A DNA stretch of 64,000 nt, taken from the IMG/VR virus record IMGVR_UViG_3300011624_000001, positions 1-64,000 of that record, one strand, 5' to 3'. The DNA comes from a virus (lineage: Duplodnaviria; Caudoviricetes). Under the pieces are notes generated by a model. The model saw only the letters and a program-made list of their open reading frames with translations. It was not told the DNA's origin and searched no databases. The translations under genes and the position numbers were made by a program. Of the stretch, positions 1 to 9,025 are shown in pieces (the stretch's first letter is position 1; each line of letters starts with the position of its first letter).

Positions 1-120
1 GGGCTGTACGCGCAGGGCACCGCCGCCATGGAGGCGAACCGCGCCAAGGTGATCGAGCGCAAGCGCCGCACCCTGGAGGCGGAAACCGTGGACGTGCGCG
101 AGGTAAAGCGTGGCGGCTAA
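1..120 (+). CDS. 3' end of upstream gene, probably terminase small subunit (partial)
   Basis: Frame 1 open (GLYAQGTAAMEANRAKVIERKRR...GG*), stop overlaps terL start; identity by position only. Confidence 0.45.
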   Translation, partial: GLYAQGTAAMEANRAKVIERKRRTLEAETVDVREVKRGG

Positions 121-1666
121 GTCCACCAAGACCCTGCTGGACGATCCGCGCTACCCGGAATTCGTCAAGCGCTATGCGTTCGACCTGCCCCGGTTCGCTA
201 TCGAGGTGTGCCGGGTGATCCCGACGCACCAGCAATGGGAAATGTTCGAGAGCGTGCAAGACCCTGGCTCGCGCACCTCGATTTCGTCCGGCCACGGCAC
301 CGGCAAGACAGCGGGCTACGGCATCATCGGCTTTTGGCACCTGCTCTGCTACAAAAACAGCAACACGATCCTGTCCGCGCCGAAGCTGACGACCGTTTCG
401 GACGGCGTGTGGAAAGAGTTCTCCGACCTGATGGGCAAGATCAAGGCCGGGCCGCACGCCTGGATCGCCGAATACTTCGAGGTGCAGGCCGAGCGCGTGT
501 TCGTCAAGGGCTTCAAGCTGGCGTGGTGGATCGTTGCTAAGACCGCGCCGCGCGGCTCGCCTGAGAATCTGGCGGGTGCCCACCGCGACTGGCTGCTGTT
601 CCTGGTCGATGAGGCCTCGGGCGTGCCTGATGCGAACTTCGGCGTCATTACCGGCGCGCTGACCGACAAGCGCAATCGCATGTGCATCGCGTCGCAGCCG
701 ACCCGCTCGTCCGGGTTCTTCTACGACACGCACCACACGCTCAGCATTGCCGAGGGCGGCGCGTGGAACAACCTTGTGTTCAGCTCGGCCGACTCGCCCA
801 TCGTGTCCGCCGAGTTCATCGCCGAGAAGAAAAAGCAGTACACGCCCGAGGAATTCGACATCAAGGTGCTGGGCCGGTTCTCCGAACAGTCCAGCAAGTA
901 CCTGCTCGGCCCGAAGGCCATCCAGGCGTGCGTGGGCGTGGTCGCTGTGCGCCCCGACGAGGCATTCGGCTGGCTGATCCCGGTGGACGTGGGCGGCGGC
1001 GGCTATCGCGACAAGAGCGTGGTGCTGGCGCTGCGCGTGACGGGCGAGGGCGAATACGGCGAGAACGCGCGCCGCGCCCAGCTCGTCAAGGTGCCGGTGT
1101 GCGCGAACGATCAGGACGTGTCGGACCTGCCGGGGATCATCGTGAACGAGGCAGGCCAGCTCAATGGCGCGATGGCGCTGGTGGACGCGGGCGGCATCGG
1201 CCTGGGCGTGTGCAAGCAGCTCGAAAAGGCCGACTTCCACAACTTCCGCAAGGTCAACTGGGGCTCGCCGAACTTCCGCAAGGAATACAAGGACCGCTAC
1301 ACGAACCAGCGCGCCCAGGCCATTTGCGGCCTATCGCGCGCCGTGCAGGAGGGCCGCTTCGGCATTGATGAGGGCATCGACCCGGCCATCGTCAAGCAGA
1401 TCGTGCGCGAGGGCTCGCGCATCCCGTACCACTACGACGAGAAGGCGCGCCGCTACATCGCCAAGAAAGAGGATATGAAGAAAGACGGCATCCCATCGCC
1501 CGACGTGTGGGATTCGCTGTCGTTCACCTTCCTTGAGGACGCCTACTACAACGAATCCGGCGAAGAAGCCGCAAACGACGGCAGCGCCAAGGACGTGGCG
1601 CGCGCCAAGCTGATGGCGTCGATGGGTCTGAACCCCGACGGCACCCCTATGGAGAAAGCAGCATGA
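110..1666 (+). CDS. terL: Terminase large subunit (P1 PacB-like)
   Basis: Walker A SSGHGTGKT, Walker B FLVDEASG, nuclease motifs PVDVGGGG..DKSV and SPDVWD. Confidence 0.92.
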   Translation: MAAKSTKTLLDDPRYPEFVKRYAFDLPRFAIEVCRVIPTHQQWEMFESVQDPGSRTSISSGHGTGKTAGYGIIGFWHLLCYKNSNTILSAPKLTTVSDGVWKEFSDLMGKIKAGPHAWIAEYFEVQAERVFVKGFKLAWWIVAKTAPRGSPENLAGAHRDWLLFLVDEASGVPDANFGVITGALTDKRNRMCIASQPTRSSGFFYDTHHTLSIAEGGAWNNLVFSSADSPIVSAEFIAEKKKQYTPEEFDIKVLGRFSEQSSKYLLGPKAIQACVGVVAVRPDEAFGWLIPVDVGGGGYRDKSVVLALRVTGEGEYGENARRAQLVKVPVCANDQDVSDLPGIIVNEAGQLNGAMALVDAGGIGLGVCKQLEKADFHNFRKVNWGSPNFRKEYKDRYTNQRAQAICGLSRAVQEGRFGIDEGIDPAIVKQIVREGSRIPYHYDEKARRYIAKKEDMKKDGIPSPDVWDSLSFTFLEDAYYNESGEEAANDGSAKDVARAKLMASMGLNPDGTPMEKAA

Positions 1667-2010
1667 CCAGCACGCCTACCCCGGACCTCGAACGGTTCGC
1701 CGAATACTTCCGGCCGGGCTTCCTGCCCTGGTTGGCGCAGAACGAGCCGATCTACGCCCAGTTCGAGCAGCAGACCCTATCGCTGATCGACGCCGGGTGG
1801 ACGCACTTCGCCGCCCGGACCATCGTGGAGGAAATCCGCCACTACACGCGCCACCGCGAGGGTGGGGTGTGCTCGCTCAAGATCAACGACCATGCCGCGC
1901 CCGATATGGCCCGCGTGTTCGTGATCCGACACCCGCAACACGCTCACCTGTGGGAATACCGGCGCGCCGACTCGCAAGCGTTCCTGGCGGCCGTGCGGGC
2001 GGCAGCATGA
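1663..2010 (+). CDS. Conserved phage hypothetical protein
   Basis: ATGA overlap with terL; KIND..P..ARVF motif resembles a common phage family. Confidence 0.75.
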   Translation: MTSTPTPDLERFAEYFRPGFLPWLAQNEPIYAQFEQQTLSLIDAGWTHFAARTIVEEIRHYTRHREGGVCSLKINDHAAPDMARVFVIRHPQHAHLWEYRRADSQAFLAAVRAAA

Positions 2011-2318
2011 GCGAAGTAATCATCATCGGCGGCGCGCGGGTGGGCCGGACCGCCATGATGGCCGCCGCGCTGCTGGCCCTGCGCGCGCAAGGCGTCGCCG
2101 TGGTCCTGGCCGAACGTATGCCGCCACCACCGCCTGACCCGTTCGAGCTGGGCGCGGCCCTGCTGGATGCCGCCCTGGTGCGCAAAGTGCCTCAGTTCGC
2201 CCGACCGCTGCCCATCCCGGCCGCCCTGGTGGCGAACTTGCCAAAACGGGCAAGTTGGCAGGTTACGGCCCGCAGCCTGCCGCGACCGCGTGAGCAGCGC
2301 ACCCGCCGCGACAAGTAG
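2007..2318 (+). CDS. Hypothetical protein (103 aa)
   Basis: ATGA overlap at 2007-2010; start MSEVIIIGG within the 1797..2318 ORF. Confidence 0.55.
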   Translation: MSEVIIIGGARVGRTAMMAAALLALRAQGVAVVLAERMPPPPPDPFELGAALLDAALVRKVPQFARPLPIPAALVANLPKRASWQVTARSLPRPREQRTRRDK

Positions 2319-2420
2319 TGCCGAAATCGAACGCATGCGGACACCCGCTGCGCGCCATGCGCAAAACCCAGCCTAGCGGGTTTCGGACAGCTCAATATTT
2401 CCGTACAGTGATTTAGGACA
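2318..2420 (+). repeat. Left res-like array of TGTCCG-type half-sites (inverted homologue of 7802..7903)
   Basis: 26-bp site GTGCCGAAA-N8-ATGCGGACA, 32-bp site TGCGCAAAA-N14-TTTCGGACA, then TTCCGTACA and TTTAGGACA. Confidence 0.7.
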
Positions 2421-2424
2421 AGAT

Positions 2425-2661
2425 ATGCACGAAAAAGTGAGTTTGCCGGTGCTGGTGATGAGCCAGTCGGACGTTGCCTACTTCGAGCGGGCCGGGGTCG
2501 ATCTGTCCGGGTATGACGTGCGCCAGCCCGAGCGCATCCCAGTGCCGCCGCCAGTGCGTCGCGTCGCCACCGGCCAGCCGCAAGGGCCGACGCGCCAGCG
2601 CACCGGCCGCGAACTGCGCCGGGCGGCCGCCAAAAGATCGGCGCGATTAGAGGCTCTGTAA
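2425..2661 (+). CDS. Hypothetical protein (78 aa, basic C-terminus)
   Basis: ORF starts 4 nt after the left array; ends before terminator. Confidence 0.55.
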   Translation: MHEKVSLPVLVMSQSDVAYFERAGVDLSGYDVRQPERIPVPPPVRRVATGQPQGPTRQRTGRELRRAAAKRSARLEAL

Positions 2662-2703
2662 GGCGTTCGAGCCGTCGGACGGCCCGAGACATCGGACGGA
2701 CGT

Positions 2704-2727
2704 AAAAAAGCCCGCTGGGCGCGGGCT
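2704..2727 (-). terminator. Intrinsic terminator
   Basis: AAAAAAGCCCGC-TGGGC-GCGGGCT; U-tract on - strand. Confidence 0.75.
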
Positions 2728-2852
2728 GGCGTGGCTTGCGGGCTATTGGACGCGCCGCATGATTCCTCGGCTACAGGCATGGCATCCGTCGCCGTCCGGC
2801 TGGGTAGTGGATTCTGTTCTGCAATAGGTGCAGCGAACAAGTGGACGGTAGC

Positions 2853-3203
2853 TCATCCTGCAACCACCTCAGCGCGCTCGGCCATCACGGCATCGACCAC
2901 TTGGCGGCATTGTTCCGGTTTCGCGGCGCGCGCCCGGCGCAGTTGGAAGGCGAGCGCCCAGCCTGCCTCGGTCAGATCGCACCAGTAGGATACGCTGCGC
3001 GCGAACGTGCCCAGCAGCTTGCCGGGGATGCGGCCGTAGGTGAGCATGCCAGCCGCGACCAGTTCCTTGAGGGCGTCATGGTCGGCCGTGTTCATGCGGA
3101 TACCTTCCAGCAGGCCGCCGTAATCGACGGCACAGGTTTCCGCGTACATGAGGATGCTGCGCTGCTCGCGCGTGATGGTGTCGAGGGTGATAGTGGTGGT
3201 CAT
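2853..3203 (-). CDS. Hypothetical phage protein
   Basis: Start MTTTITLDT with GGAG RBS; operon context. Confidence 0.7.
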   Translation of the reverse strand: MTTTITLDTITREQRSILMYAETCAVDYGGLLEGIRMNTADHDALKELVAAGMLTYGRIPGKLLGTFARSVSYWCDLTEAGWALAFQLRRARAAKPEQCRQVVDAVMAERAEVVAG

Positions 3204-3219
3204 GGCTTCTCCGTAGTGA

Positions 3220-3480
3220 TTATTCTGGTAGCAACAGCGTGTAGACGCGCTTGCTGGACATCGTGCCCGCGTCATCGCGGATCAGGCGGGAGTCGATCAG
3301 CATGCGCAGGCTGTCGCGCACGGTGCTCTCGCTCAGCAGCGTGTCCTGGCAGAGCTTGCTGACGGTCGGCCAGCAGCGGCCGTCGTCGTCGGCAAGGTTC
3401 GCCAGCGCCACAAGGACGAACTTCGCGGGCGCGCTCGGGCCGGTGGCCTTCATCGCCCAGGTCAGCGCGTGGATACTCAT
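3220..3480 (-). CDS. Stand-alone winged HTH (replication-initiator N-terminus-like)
   Basis: MSIHALTWAM..AKFVLVALANLADDDGRCWPTVSKLCQDT.LSESTVR..LR.L. Confidence 0.7.
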   Translation of the reverse strand: MSIHALTWAMKATGPSAPAKFVLVALANLADDDGRCWPTVSKLCQDTLLSESTVRDSLRMLIDSRLIRDDAGTMSSKRVYTLLLPE

Positions 3481-3482
3481 GC

Positions 3483-3740
3483 CTACGCCCCTTCCGGGAT
3501 CAGGGCCGTTACGCCTTCGGCCGTGGTGATCTTCATGTACATGCCGCCGCACTCGGTACAGGTCGCGAGCGTCGTCCAGCGGCCGCCAGTGTTGTTCTCA
3601 CGGCTCTCCTGCGTCGCGCCGCAGCATGGCACGACGTAAGACAGCAGCTTGATTCCGTCCGCGCGCAGCTTGGCGTTGTATTCCTCGGCCTTGCGCTTCA
3701 GTTCGGCCAGTTGCGTGCCGGGGCTTATGGTGGTGGTCAT
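3483..3740 (-). CDS. Hypothetical Cys-containing protein
   Basis: PCC...CTEC; tight operon spacing. Confidence 0.7.
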   Translation of the reverse strand: MTTTISPGTQLAELKRKAEEYNAKLRADGIKLLSYVVPCCGATQESRENNTGGRWTTLATCTECGGMYMKITTAEGVTALIPEGA

Positions 3741-3771
3741 AGTTGTCCTTTCAGGTGGTGAGTGGTGCGCG

Positions 3772-3999
3772 TCAGGCCGGGATGCCGTTGCGCGGAGTGA
3801 GGTCCGAGGCCAGCGCCACGGCGGCCATTATGCGCTCGACCAGGGCGGCGCTCGCAACCGGATCGACCGGCACCCGCAGCACGCGGCCGTTCTTGTAGCG
3901 GTGCAGGCTGATGCTGTTGCCCTGGACGGTGTAGAGCTTGCCGTCGGTGTCGGTGACAGAGAACGTGTCCGGGGTGAAGCGGTTGCGGATTGCTTTCAT
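3772..3999 (-). CDS. Hypothetical protein, first gene after early promoter
   Basis: Directly downstream of promoter 4032..4061. Confidence 0.7.
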   Translation of the reverse strand: MKAIRNRFTPDTFSVTDTDGKLYTVQGNSISLHRYKNGRVLRVPVDPVASAALVERIMAAVALASDLTPRNGIPA

Positions 4000-4031
4000 G
4001 TGGTGCGAGCGCTTGTGCGATAGAGAATCAC

Positions 4032-4061
4032 AGTGTATGCGCTCATAATATGATGCGTCAA
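4032..4061 (-). promoter_or_regulatory. Early-type sigma70 promoter with spacer operator, copy 1
   Basis: TTGACG-catcata-TTATGAGCGCA-TACACT. Confidence 0.8.
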
Positions 4062-4082
4062 GCGGAATGAGCGAAGCGCAAC

Positions 4083-4106
4083 AAAAAGCCCGGTCGGTGC
4101 CGGGCT
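4083..4106 (-). terminator. Intrinsic terminator after recombinase operon
   Basis: AAAAAGCCCGG-TCGGTG-CCGGGCT. Confidence 0.75.
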
Positions 4107-4116
4107 GGTTTGGTGG

Positions 4117-4716
4117 TCACGCTGCGGCCGCTATGGGCTGCGGCCGGGCCTCGCGCGCCCGGATGATGGTCTGCCGGGAGGTGTTCAGGTCGCGCGCTAT
4201 CTCTGACACAGGCACGCCCGCATCGAGCATGCCGTACACCAGCTCCTTCTCGCTGTCGCTCAGGGCTGGCGGGCGACCGAAGCGCTTACCGCCCTTCTTG
4301 GCGCGCGCCAGCCCGGCATTGGTGCGCTCGATGAGCAAGTCCCGCTCGAACTCGGCGACGGCCGCGATCACGCCCATGGTCATCTTGCCCGCTGCGCTGG
4401 TCAGGTCCATGCCGCCCAGGGCGAGGCAATGCACGCGCACGCCGGACGCTTCCAGCTTCTCGACGGTGGCGCGCAAGTCCATCGCGTTGCGGCCCAGGCG
4501 GTCCAGCTTCGTCACGACCAGCACGTCGCCGCGCTCCAGGCGGTCCAGCAGCTTGACGAACTGGGGGCGCTCGGTGGCGGCCACCGACCCGCTGATTGTC
4601 TCGGTCAGGACGCGGCGCGGGTCCAGGGCGAAGCCTGCGGCCGCAATCTCGGCGGTCTGGTTGTCGGTGGTCTGTTCGCCGGTCGATACGCGGCAGTAGG
4701 CAAATACGCGGCTCAT
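4117..4716 (-). CDS. Serine recombinase, resolvase/invertase family
   Basis: AYCRVST catalytic Ser, [24 protein letters not shown] then C-terminal HTH; 199 aa. Confidence 0.93.
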   Translation of the reverse strand: MSRVFAYCRVSTGEQTTDNQTAEIAAAGFALDPRRVLTETISGSVAATERPQFVKLLDRLERGDVLVVTKLDRLGRNAMDLRATVEKLEASGVRVHCLALGGMDLTSAAGKMTMGVIAAVAEFERDLLIERTNAGLARAKKGGKRFGRPPALSDSEKELVYGMLDAGVPVSEIARDLNTSRQTIIRAREARPQPIAAAA

Positions 4717-5267
4717 CCCTTGATCGCTTTCGTGACGGTGACGGGGTTCATGTGCATGCTCATCGCGGCGATGCGGCGCAGCTCGGCGCGGCGCTCGGGC
4801 GACAGTTGCGGCTCGTCGTCCTCGTCCTCGTCGTCGGCCTTCTCGCGGGGCGGCCCGAACAGCTTGTTCGTGTGCAGGAAGGCCATCATCAGGTTTTCTA
4901 CTTCCTTGGCAAAAGCCGCCTTCATCAGCGCGAACAGGAATTCGACCTCGACGTGCTCGGCCGGTGCCAGCTCAACGAAGTAGCGCGAGCGGGTTTTCGG
5001 GATGCGCTTGATGTAGAACTCGCGCTGCTGCGTCACCTTGCGAATGATCTGATCCATCAGCATTTTCTCATTCTCGCCGCTGAACGAAACTTCGACCCAC
5101 TTGCGCGCGGGCTTCTCGTCTTCGATGTCGGCCAGGGTGAGATTGTGCCGCGCCAGGATGGATTCGAGCATTGCCTGGGCGGTCGCTTGCTCGCCATCGA
5201 CGCCGCGCTCGGCCAGCGCTTTGATCTTGCCGATGCGGCGCATCAGCGCTTCGCTAACCACGCTCAT
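4713..5267 (-). CDS. DUF2786-like phage protein
   Basis: [14 protein letters not shown]...A.A.L..IL N-terminus; ATGA overlaps both ends. Confidence 0.65.
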   Translation of the reverse strand: MSVVSEALMRRIGKIKALAERGVDGEQATAQAMLESILARHNLTLADIEDEKPARKWVEVSFSGENEKMLMDQIIRKVTQQREFYIKRIPKTRSRYFVELAPAEHVEVEFLFALMKAAFAKEVENLMMAFLHTNKLFGPPREKADDEDEDDEPQLSPERRAELRRIAAMSMHMNPVTVTKAIKG

Positions 5268-5662
5268 CGCGCCTCTCCCTTGTCGTCGCCTTCGCGAACC
5301 CACTCCACGCAAACTGGGATGGTGATGCGTTCTTTCTGACCTGGGCGTGCGCCATGGCGCAGATCGACCCGCCCGAGGACGGTCGCCAGTTTGATTTCGC
5401 CTACGGTATAGCGCGGGACGTATCCTGGTGCTGGTGGTTCTGGCTTGTAGAAGCTGGTGCGTAGCAGCAGCGGCCGCAGGGCTTCTGTCAGCAATTGCTG
5501 CGTGAACATCAGCGTGCCATCGTGCGCCTGCTGCCGTATGATTCGGTACTGCGGCTGCACGGTCGGATCGTAGGCAATGAAGGGCTCGCAGCCGTCCTTG
5601 AAGCTGACGCCGATTTTCTCCATCACGCTATCCAGCGTCAGTCGTTGTTTTCGGAAATTCAT
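5264..5662 (-). CDS. Hypothetical protein
   Basis: Coupled stop/start overlaps. Confidence 0.7.
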   Translation of the reverse strand: MNFRKQRLTLDSVMEKIGVSFKDGCEPFIAYDPTVQPQYRIIRQQAHDGTLMFTQQLLTEALRPLLLRTSFYKPEPPAPGYVPRYTVGEIKLATVLGRVDLRHGARPGQKERITIPVCVEWVREGDDKGEAR

Positions 5663-6402
5663 GCCTCGCCTCCCTGGTCGCCGTCGGGCTGGGCGGCGCG
5701 GACTGGCAGAATTCCGCTATGGTCGCAGCGCGCGCACAGTTCCTTGCTGCTGATCCGGCCGGTGCCGTCGCAATCCGGGCATTCGCGCATCGCCGCCTGC
5801 GCGCCGAGCGTCTTGGCATCGGCATTCCAGGCGTCCATCAGCTCGCGGCCGGTTCGGGCCGACTCGGGCGAGAAGTCTGCGGCGGTCAGTGGAGTGCGGA
5901 TCATATCCGCGACGCTCCTTTGTTCGGCCAGCCAATTCACCGCGCCGTGCGCCACCGTGCAGCGGTCGCCCCGCGCGCCCTGCATCACATAGCCGATCAC
6001 GCCATAGCCGCGCTGCTCCAGCTCGCCGCGCTTGCGCTCGGTGTTTGCCATCAGGCCCGCGCGCTGGCGTTCCTCCAAGGGCGCGGCCGGTGCGGCGGTC
6101 GTCATCGCATCGAACAGCAGACCGCAGGCCGATGCCGATAGCAGGACAGGCTTGCCGGTTTCGTGCGAGCTGGCGAACAGGCGGGCGAGGTCGCTCAGGT
6201 CCAGATCGGCCCCGGCGACGGCTGGCGCAGCGCGCGTGAAGCGCACCGCGGCCTCTGCATCGGCCAGCTCGTCTACCGGCGCACCGGCCGTCGCCATCGC
6301 GTCGAATACCATGATGGCGGCGTTGCGGCCGACGGGCTGGCCGTTGTCGCCCAGGACGGCCGCGCCTGCGGTGATCTGGTCGTTCGTGAGGGTGGTGCTC
6401 AT
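5659..6402 (-). CDS. Hypothetical protein with C-terminal CxxCxGxG-type Zn finger
   Basis: Start MSTTLTND at ATGA overlap; CPDCDGTG...CARCDHSG; internal duplicated FDAM.TA motif. Confidence 0.7.
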   Translation of the reverse strand: MSTTLTNDQITAGAAVLGDNGQPVGRNAAIMVFDAMATAGAPVDELADAEAAVRFTRAAPAVAGADLDLSDLARLFASSHETGKPVLLSASACGLLFDAMTTAAPAAPLEERQRAGLMANTERKRGELEQRGYGVIGYVMQGARGDRCTVAHGAVNWLAEQRSVADMIRTPLTAADFSPESARTGRELMDAWNADAKTLGAQAAMRECPDCDGTGRISSKELCARCDHSGILPVRAAQPDGDQGGEA

Positions 6403-6884
6403 GCTGGTCCTTTCCAGTCGATTAGCGGCTGGTCGCCGCGCACATACAGAGGGTGGCGCGGTGCGCCGGTTTTCTTCGTCGTGCCGAGACACTTCAAGCG
6501 AATGCCGCTGGCCTTCAACATGGCCGCCACCTCGCGCACGCGGGACGGCTCGGCATCGCCACCCCAGGCGCAAACGACTTCCTCGGCGGCCAGGGCAAAG
6601 CGCGCCAGCCAGTTGTCGTTCTCCGGGCCGACTGGATCAGCGTGGTCCCACAGCGCGTCAGGATCGGTTGAGCGCAGCGCGTACAGGTTGACGACTTGGA
6701 TGCCGCCGCATCCCCAGGTGCGCGCGAACGAGCGGCAGCGGCCGATGGTGCGGTCGTCCAGCGTGGCGTCGGCGGTGCTCGGGTTCAGCATGATGAACAG
6801 GGCAGGGCCGCGCGTGGCGCTGGCGTCGCCGGGCCGCGACAGCATGTAGCGGTATTGGCCGCATGCGCTGATGACGGCGCTCAT
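6399..6884 (-). CDS. DUF1643 family protein
   Basis: SAVISACGQYRYML, FIMLNPSTAD...DD.T, VVNLYA, VVCAWG, PRHPLY. Confidence 0.88.
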   Translation of the reverse strand: MSAVISACGQYRYMLSRPGDASATRGPALFIMLNPSTADATLDDRTIGRCRSFARTWGCGGIQVVNLYALRSTDPDALWDHADPVGPENDNWLARFALAAEEVVCAWGGDAEPSRVREVAAMLKASGIRLKCLGTTKKTGAPRHPLYVRGDQPLIDWKGPA

Positions 6885-7282
6885 GCTGGCGCTCCGGTGG
6901 TCGGCAGGCCCGCTGCCTTGTCAATAGCGGTATCCCATTCCTCGGCGGTTGGCTCGCGCGAGTGTCCGACGGCGGCGGGCAGGGCCAGCGCCATCGCGTC
7001 AATGAACTTCTGGTCCTGCGCCACCATGGCATCGCGCCACGCGACATAGCGCGCGGCGTTGCGGCCCACTCCGGTTTTGTCGGGGTCGGTCCGGGCGATA
7101 TAGGAGGCCGCAGCCTTGAGCCTTTCGACAAGCGGCTGGGGCGCGCCCGAGCTGCCCAAGTAGGCCGCGATGTGCGACAGGTCGCGCTGGGCGTCCTGGG
7201 CGGTGTCGGGCTGGCATGCCGGGCAAGGGCAAGGTTGCTCCGGGCGCGTCGCGCCGTAGCAGTTGGCGATGGGCTTGGTCAT
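6881..7282 (-). CDS. Hypothetical protein
   Basis: ATGA overlaps in operon. Confidence 0.65.
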   Translation of the reverse strand: MTKPIANCYGATRPEQPCPCPACQPDTAQDAQRDLSHIAAYLGSSGAPQPLVERLKAAASYIARTDPDKTGVGRNAARYVAWRDAMVAQDQKFIDAMALALPAAVGHSREPTAEEWDTAIDKAAGLPTTGAPA

Positions 7283-7794
7283 ACTGGTTCTCCGGTAGGG
7301 GTAGCGGCTTCGGCGGGCATGAAGATTTCATGCACGCGCGGGTGTTCGAGGAAAGTGGATTTGACGACGACGCGCAGCCCCTTCCCCATCGTGCCGAACA
7401 GGCCGTAGGATTTCCAATCGCAGGGCTTGCCGTTCTCGCGGGCGGTTCCAGAGTTGCACTCGTAAGGGTCTGTCGAGATTCCGGCGCAGGCGGGGCATGT
7501 GTACTTGCGCGACGGGTAGGCCGCGATGAACGCCTCGGGCGTGTCGAACACAGTCACGTCGCCCAGCTTCGGGAAATTGGCGTCCTGATAGTAGTTCATC
7601 GCAGCGTAGGTGCGCTTCGCTTCGATGGCGGCCAGCACTTCGTCATGGGTCAGGCCCAGGACGGCGGCGTATTCCGGCAAAACGCGGTCGAGCAGGGCTT
7701 GCACGCGGGCGGCACGGCGCTGGCCTTCCTCGCCCGACCAGCTCGCCACGCACTCGGCGGCAATCTTGGTGATGATTTCTACGGTAGTTGGCAT
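7279..7794 (-). CDS. Conserved phage hypothetical protein (Cys motifs)
   Basis: CPAC..C..CDWKSYGLF; starts just after the right res-like array. Confidence 0.75.
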   Translation of the reverse strand: MPTTVEIITKIAAECVASWSGEEGQRRAARVQALLDRVLPEYAAVLGLTHDEVLAAIEAKRTYAAMNYYQDANFPKLGDVTVFDTPEAFIAAYPSRKYTCPACAGISTDPYECNSGTARENGKPCDWKSYGLFGTMGKGLRVVVKSTFLEHPRVHEIFMPAEAATPTGEPV

Positions 7795-7801
7795 TTTTGC
7801 G

Positions 7802-7903
7802 TGTCCGAAATGGGTGTGCGAATTATAGAGGGTGTCCGAAATAAAGCAAGCTAGGTTTTGGTCACGCTTGCGGAGTGTGTCCGCAAGCGGTCGATTACGG
7901 TGC
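7802..7903 (-). repeat. Right res-like array containing a sigma70 promoter
   Basis: Reverse complement aligns to 2318..2420; -35 TTGCTT (7844-7849) and -10 TATAAT (7822-7827) on - strand. Confidence 0.7.
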
Positions 7904-8161
7904 GGGCTTGATCTTGCGGCGAGCCTTCTCCAGCGCTTGCTCGAACGTGTCGCCGCGCGCCAGGGTCACGTCGTATGCCTTGCCGTACAGGCCCGCGCCT
8001 GGGCGCTGCCACACATAGCCGACCTCCCAAAAGCCCGCGCCGGGCGGGTTCGACACGGTGGCGCGCACATGATGGCGGCCCATCTGGCGCGCTATGACGG
8101 AGGTCACGGCGGCGGCCTGCTCGCGCTGCTCGGGCGTGCCGTGGACGTAGGAGGTATTCAT
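7895..8161 (-). CDS. Hypothetical protein
   Basis: Start MNTSYVHG at ATGA overlap. Confidence 0.65.
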   Translation of the reverse strand: MNTSYVHGTPEQREQAAAVTSVIARQMGRHHVRATVSNPPGAGFWEVGYVWQRPGAGLYGKAYDVTLARGDTFEQALEKARRKIKPAP

Positions 8162-8499
8162 GGCATCCACTCCCCGGCGTCGTTGCGCAGCGGCAGATCG
8201 CGGCCGCGCTCCATCGAGTCGGTATCGGCCTGGGTCCAGCGGCCGCTGTCGAAGTCCTCGCGGCCGTCCACGTCCGGCCACTCGTAGCGCGCGCCATCGT
8301 AGAACCATTCCGCGCCGATGGCATCGGGCGAGCAGGTATCGCGCTCGCCGCTCACCGGCACAAGATGGACGCAGCCAACGTCTTCCGGCTCGGGCGTCTC
8401 CAGCTCGGCCACGACGCGGGCGACGCCGCGCACGGTCACAGTGTCGCCGACGCTGATAGGCTCGCCGTCGTCGGCGCGGATCAGCTCGAAGCGGCTCAT
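8158..8499 (-). CDS. Hypothetical acidic protein
   Basis: Start MSRFELIR at ATGA overlap. Confidence 0.65.
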   Translation of the reverse strand: MSRFELIRADDGEPISVGDTVTVRGVARVVAELETPEPEDVGCVHLVPVSGERDTCSPDAIGAEWFYDGARYEWPDVDGREDFDSGRWTQADTDSMERGRDLPLRNDAGEWMP

Positions 8500-9008
8500 G
8501 CTGCGCTCCCGGCTTTGGCGGCGGCCTGGGCAGCGTCGCGGGCGGCCTTGATGTTGGCATGGCACTCGTCAATGACGCGCTTCGATTCCGAGCGCAGGAA
8601 TGCGGCGTCGTGGTAGCACGGCAGCTCGCCAGTCGCGAGCGAGTCGATGCACGCCAGCGCGGCGGCATACTCACGATTGCGCAGGTTCGACTGGGAGAGG
8701 GCGCGGCCCAGGTGGTCATAGTCGGCGCGGCTCTTGGCGAGGGCGGCGCGGCACTCGGCCAGCTCGACCAGGGCGCTGTAGTTGGTGCCCTTCTCGCCGT
8801 AGGGCAGGCATTCGCAGCCGTCCGGGTGCAGGCGCACCACGTCGGCCAGGACTTTCGACACGCCATCGGTGCCGGTATTGGTGTCCTTGCCGCCGACGCT
8901 GCCCATGACGCGCGCCGAAGCGATGGTATTGCGGGCGGCTTCTTCGCTCACGGCTTCGTGTACAAGCCAGTTGGTGCCGTCTACGTTCAGGATTTCTTTT
9001 TTCAGCAT
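8496..9008 (-). CDS. Hypothetical protein
   Basis: AAGGAG RBS before MLKKEIL. Confidence 0.65.
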   Translation of the reverse strand: MLKKEILNVDGTNWLVHEAVSEEAARNTIASARVMGSVGGKDTNTGTDGVSKVLADVVRLHPDGCECLPYGEKGTNYSALVELAECRAALAKSRADYDHLGRALSQSNLRNREYAAALACIDSLATGELPCYHDAAFLRSESKRVIDECHANIKAARDAAQAAAKAGSAA

Positions 9009-9025
9009 GGTCATGCTCCTTTGGG

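Noticed and set aside
2752-2815. HDV-like ribozyme suggested by TTCCTCG
   Set aside because: Flanking bases cannot form the P3 helix or nested double pseudoknot
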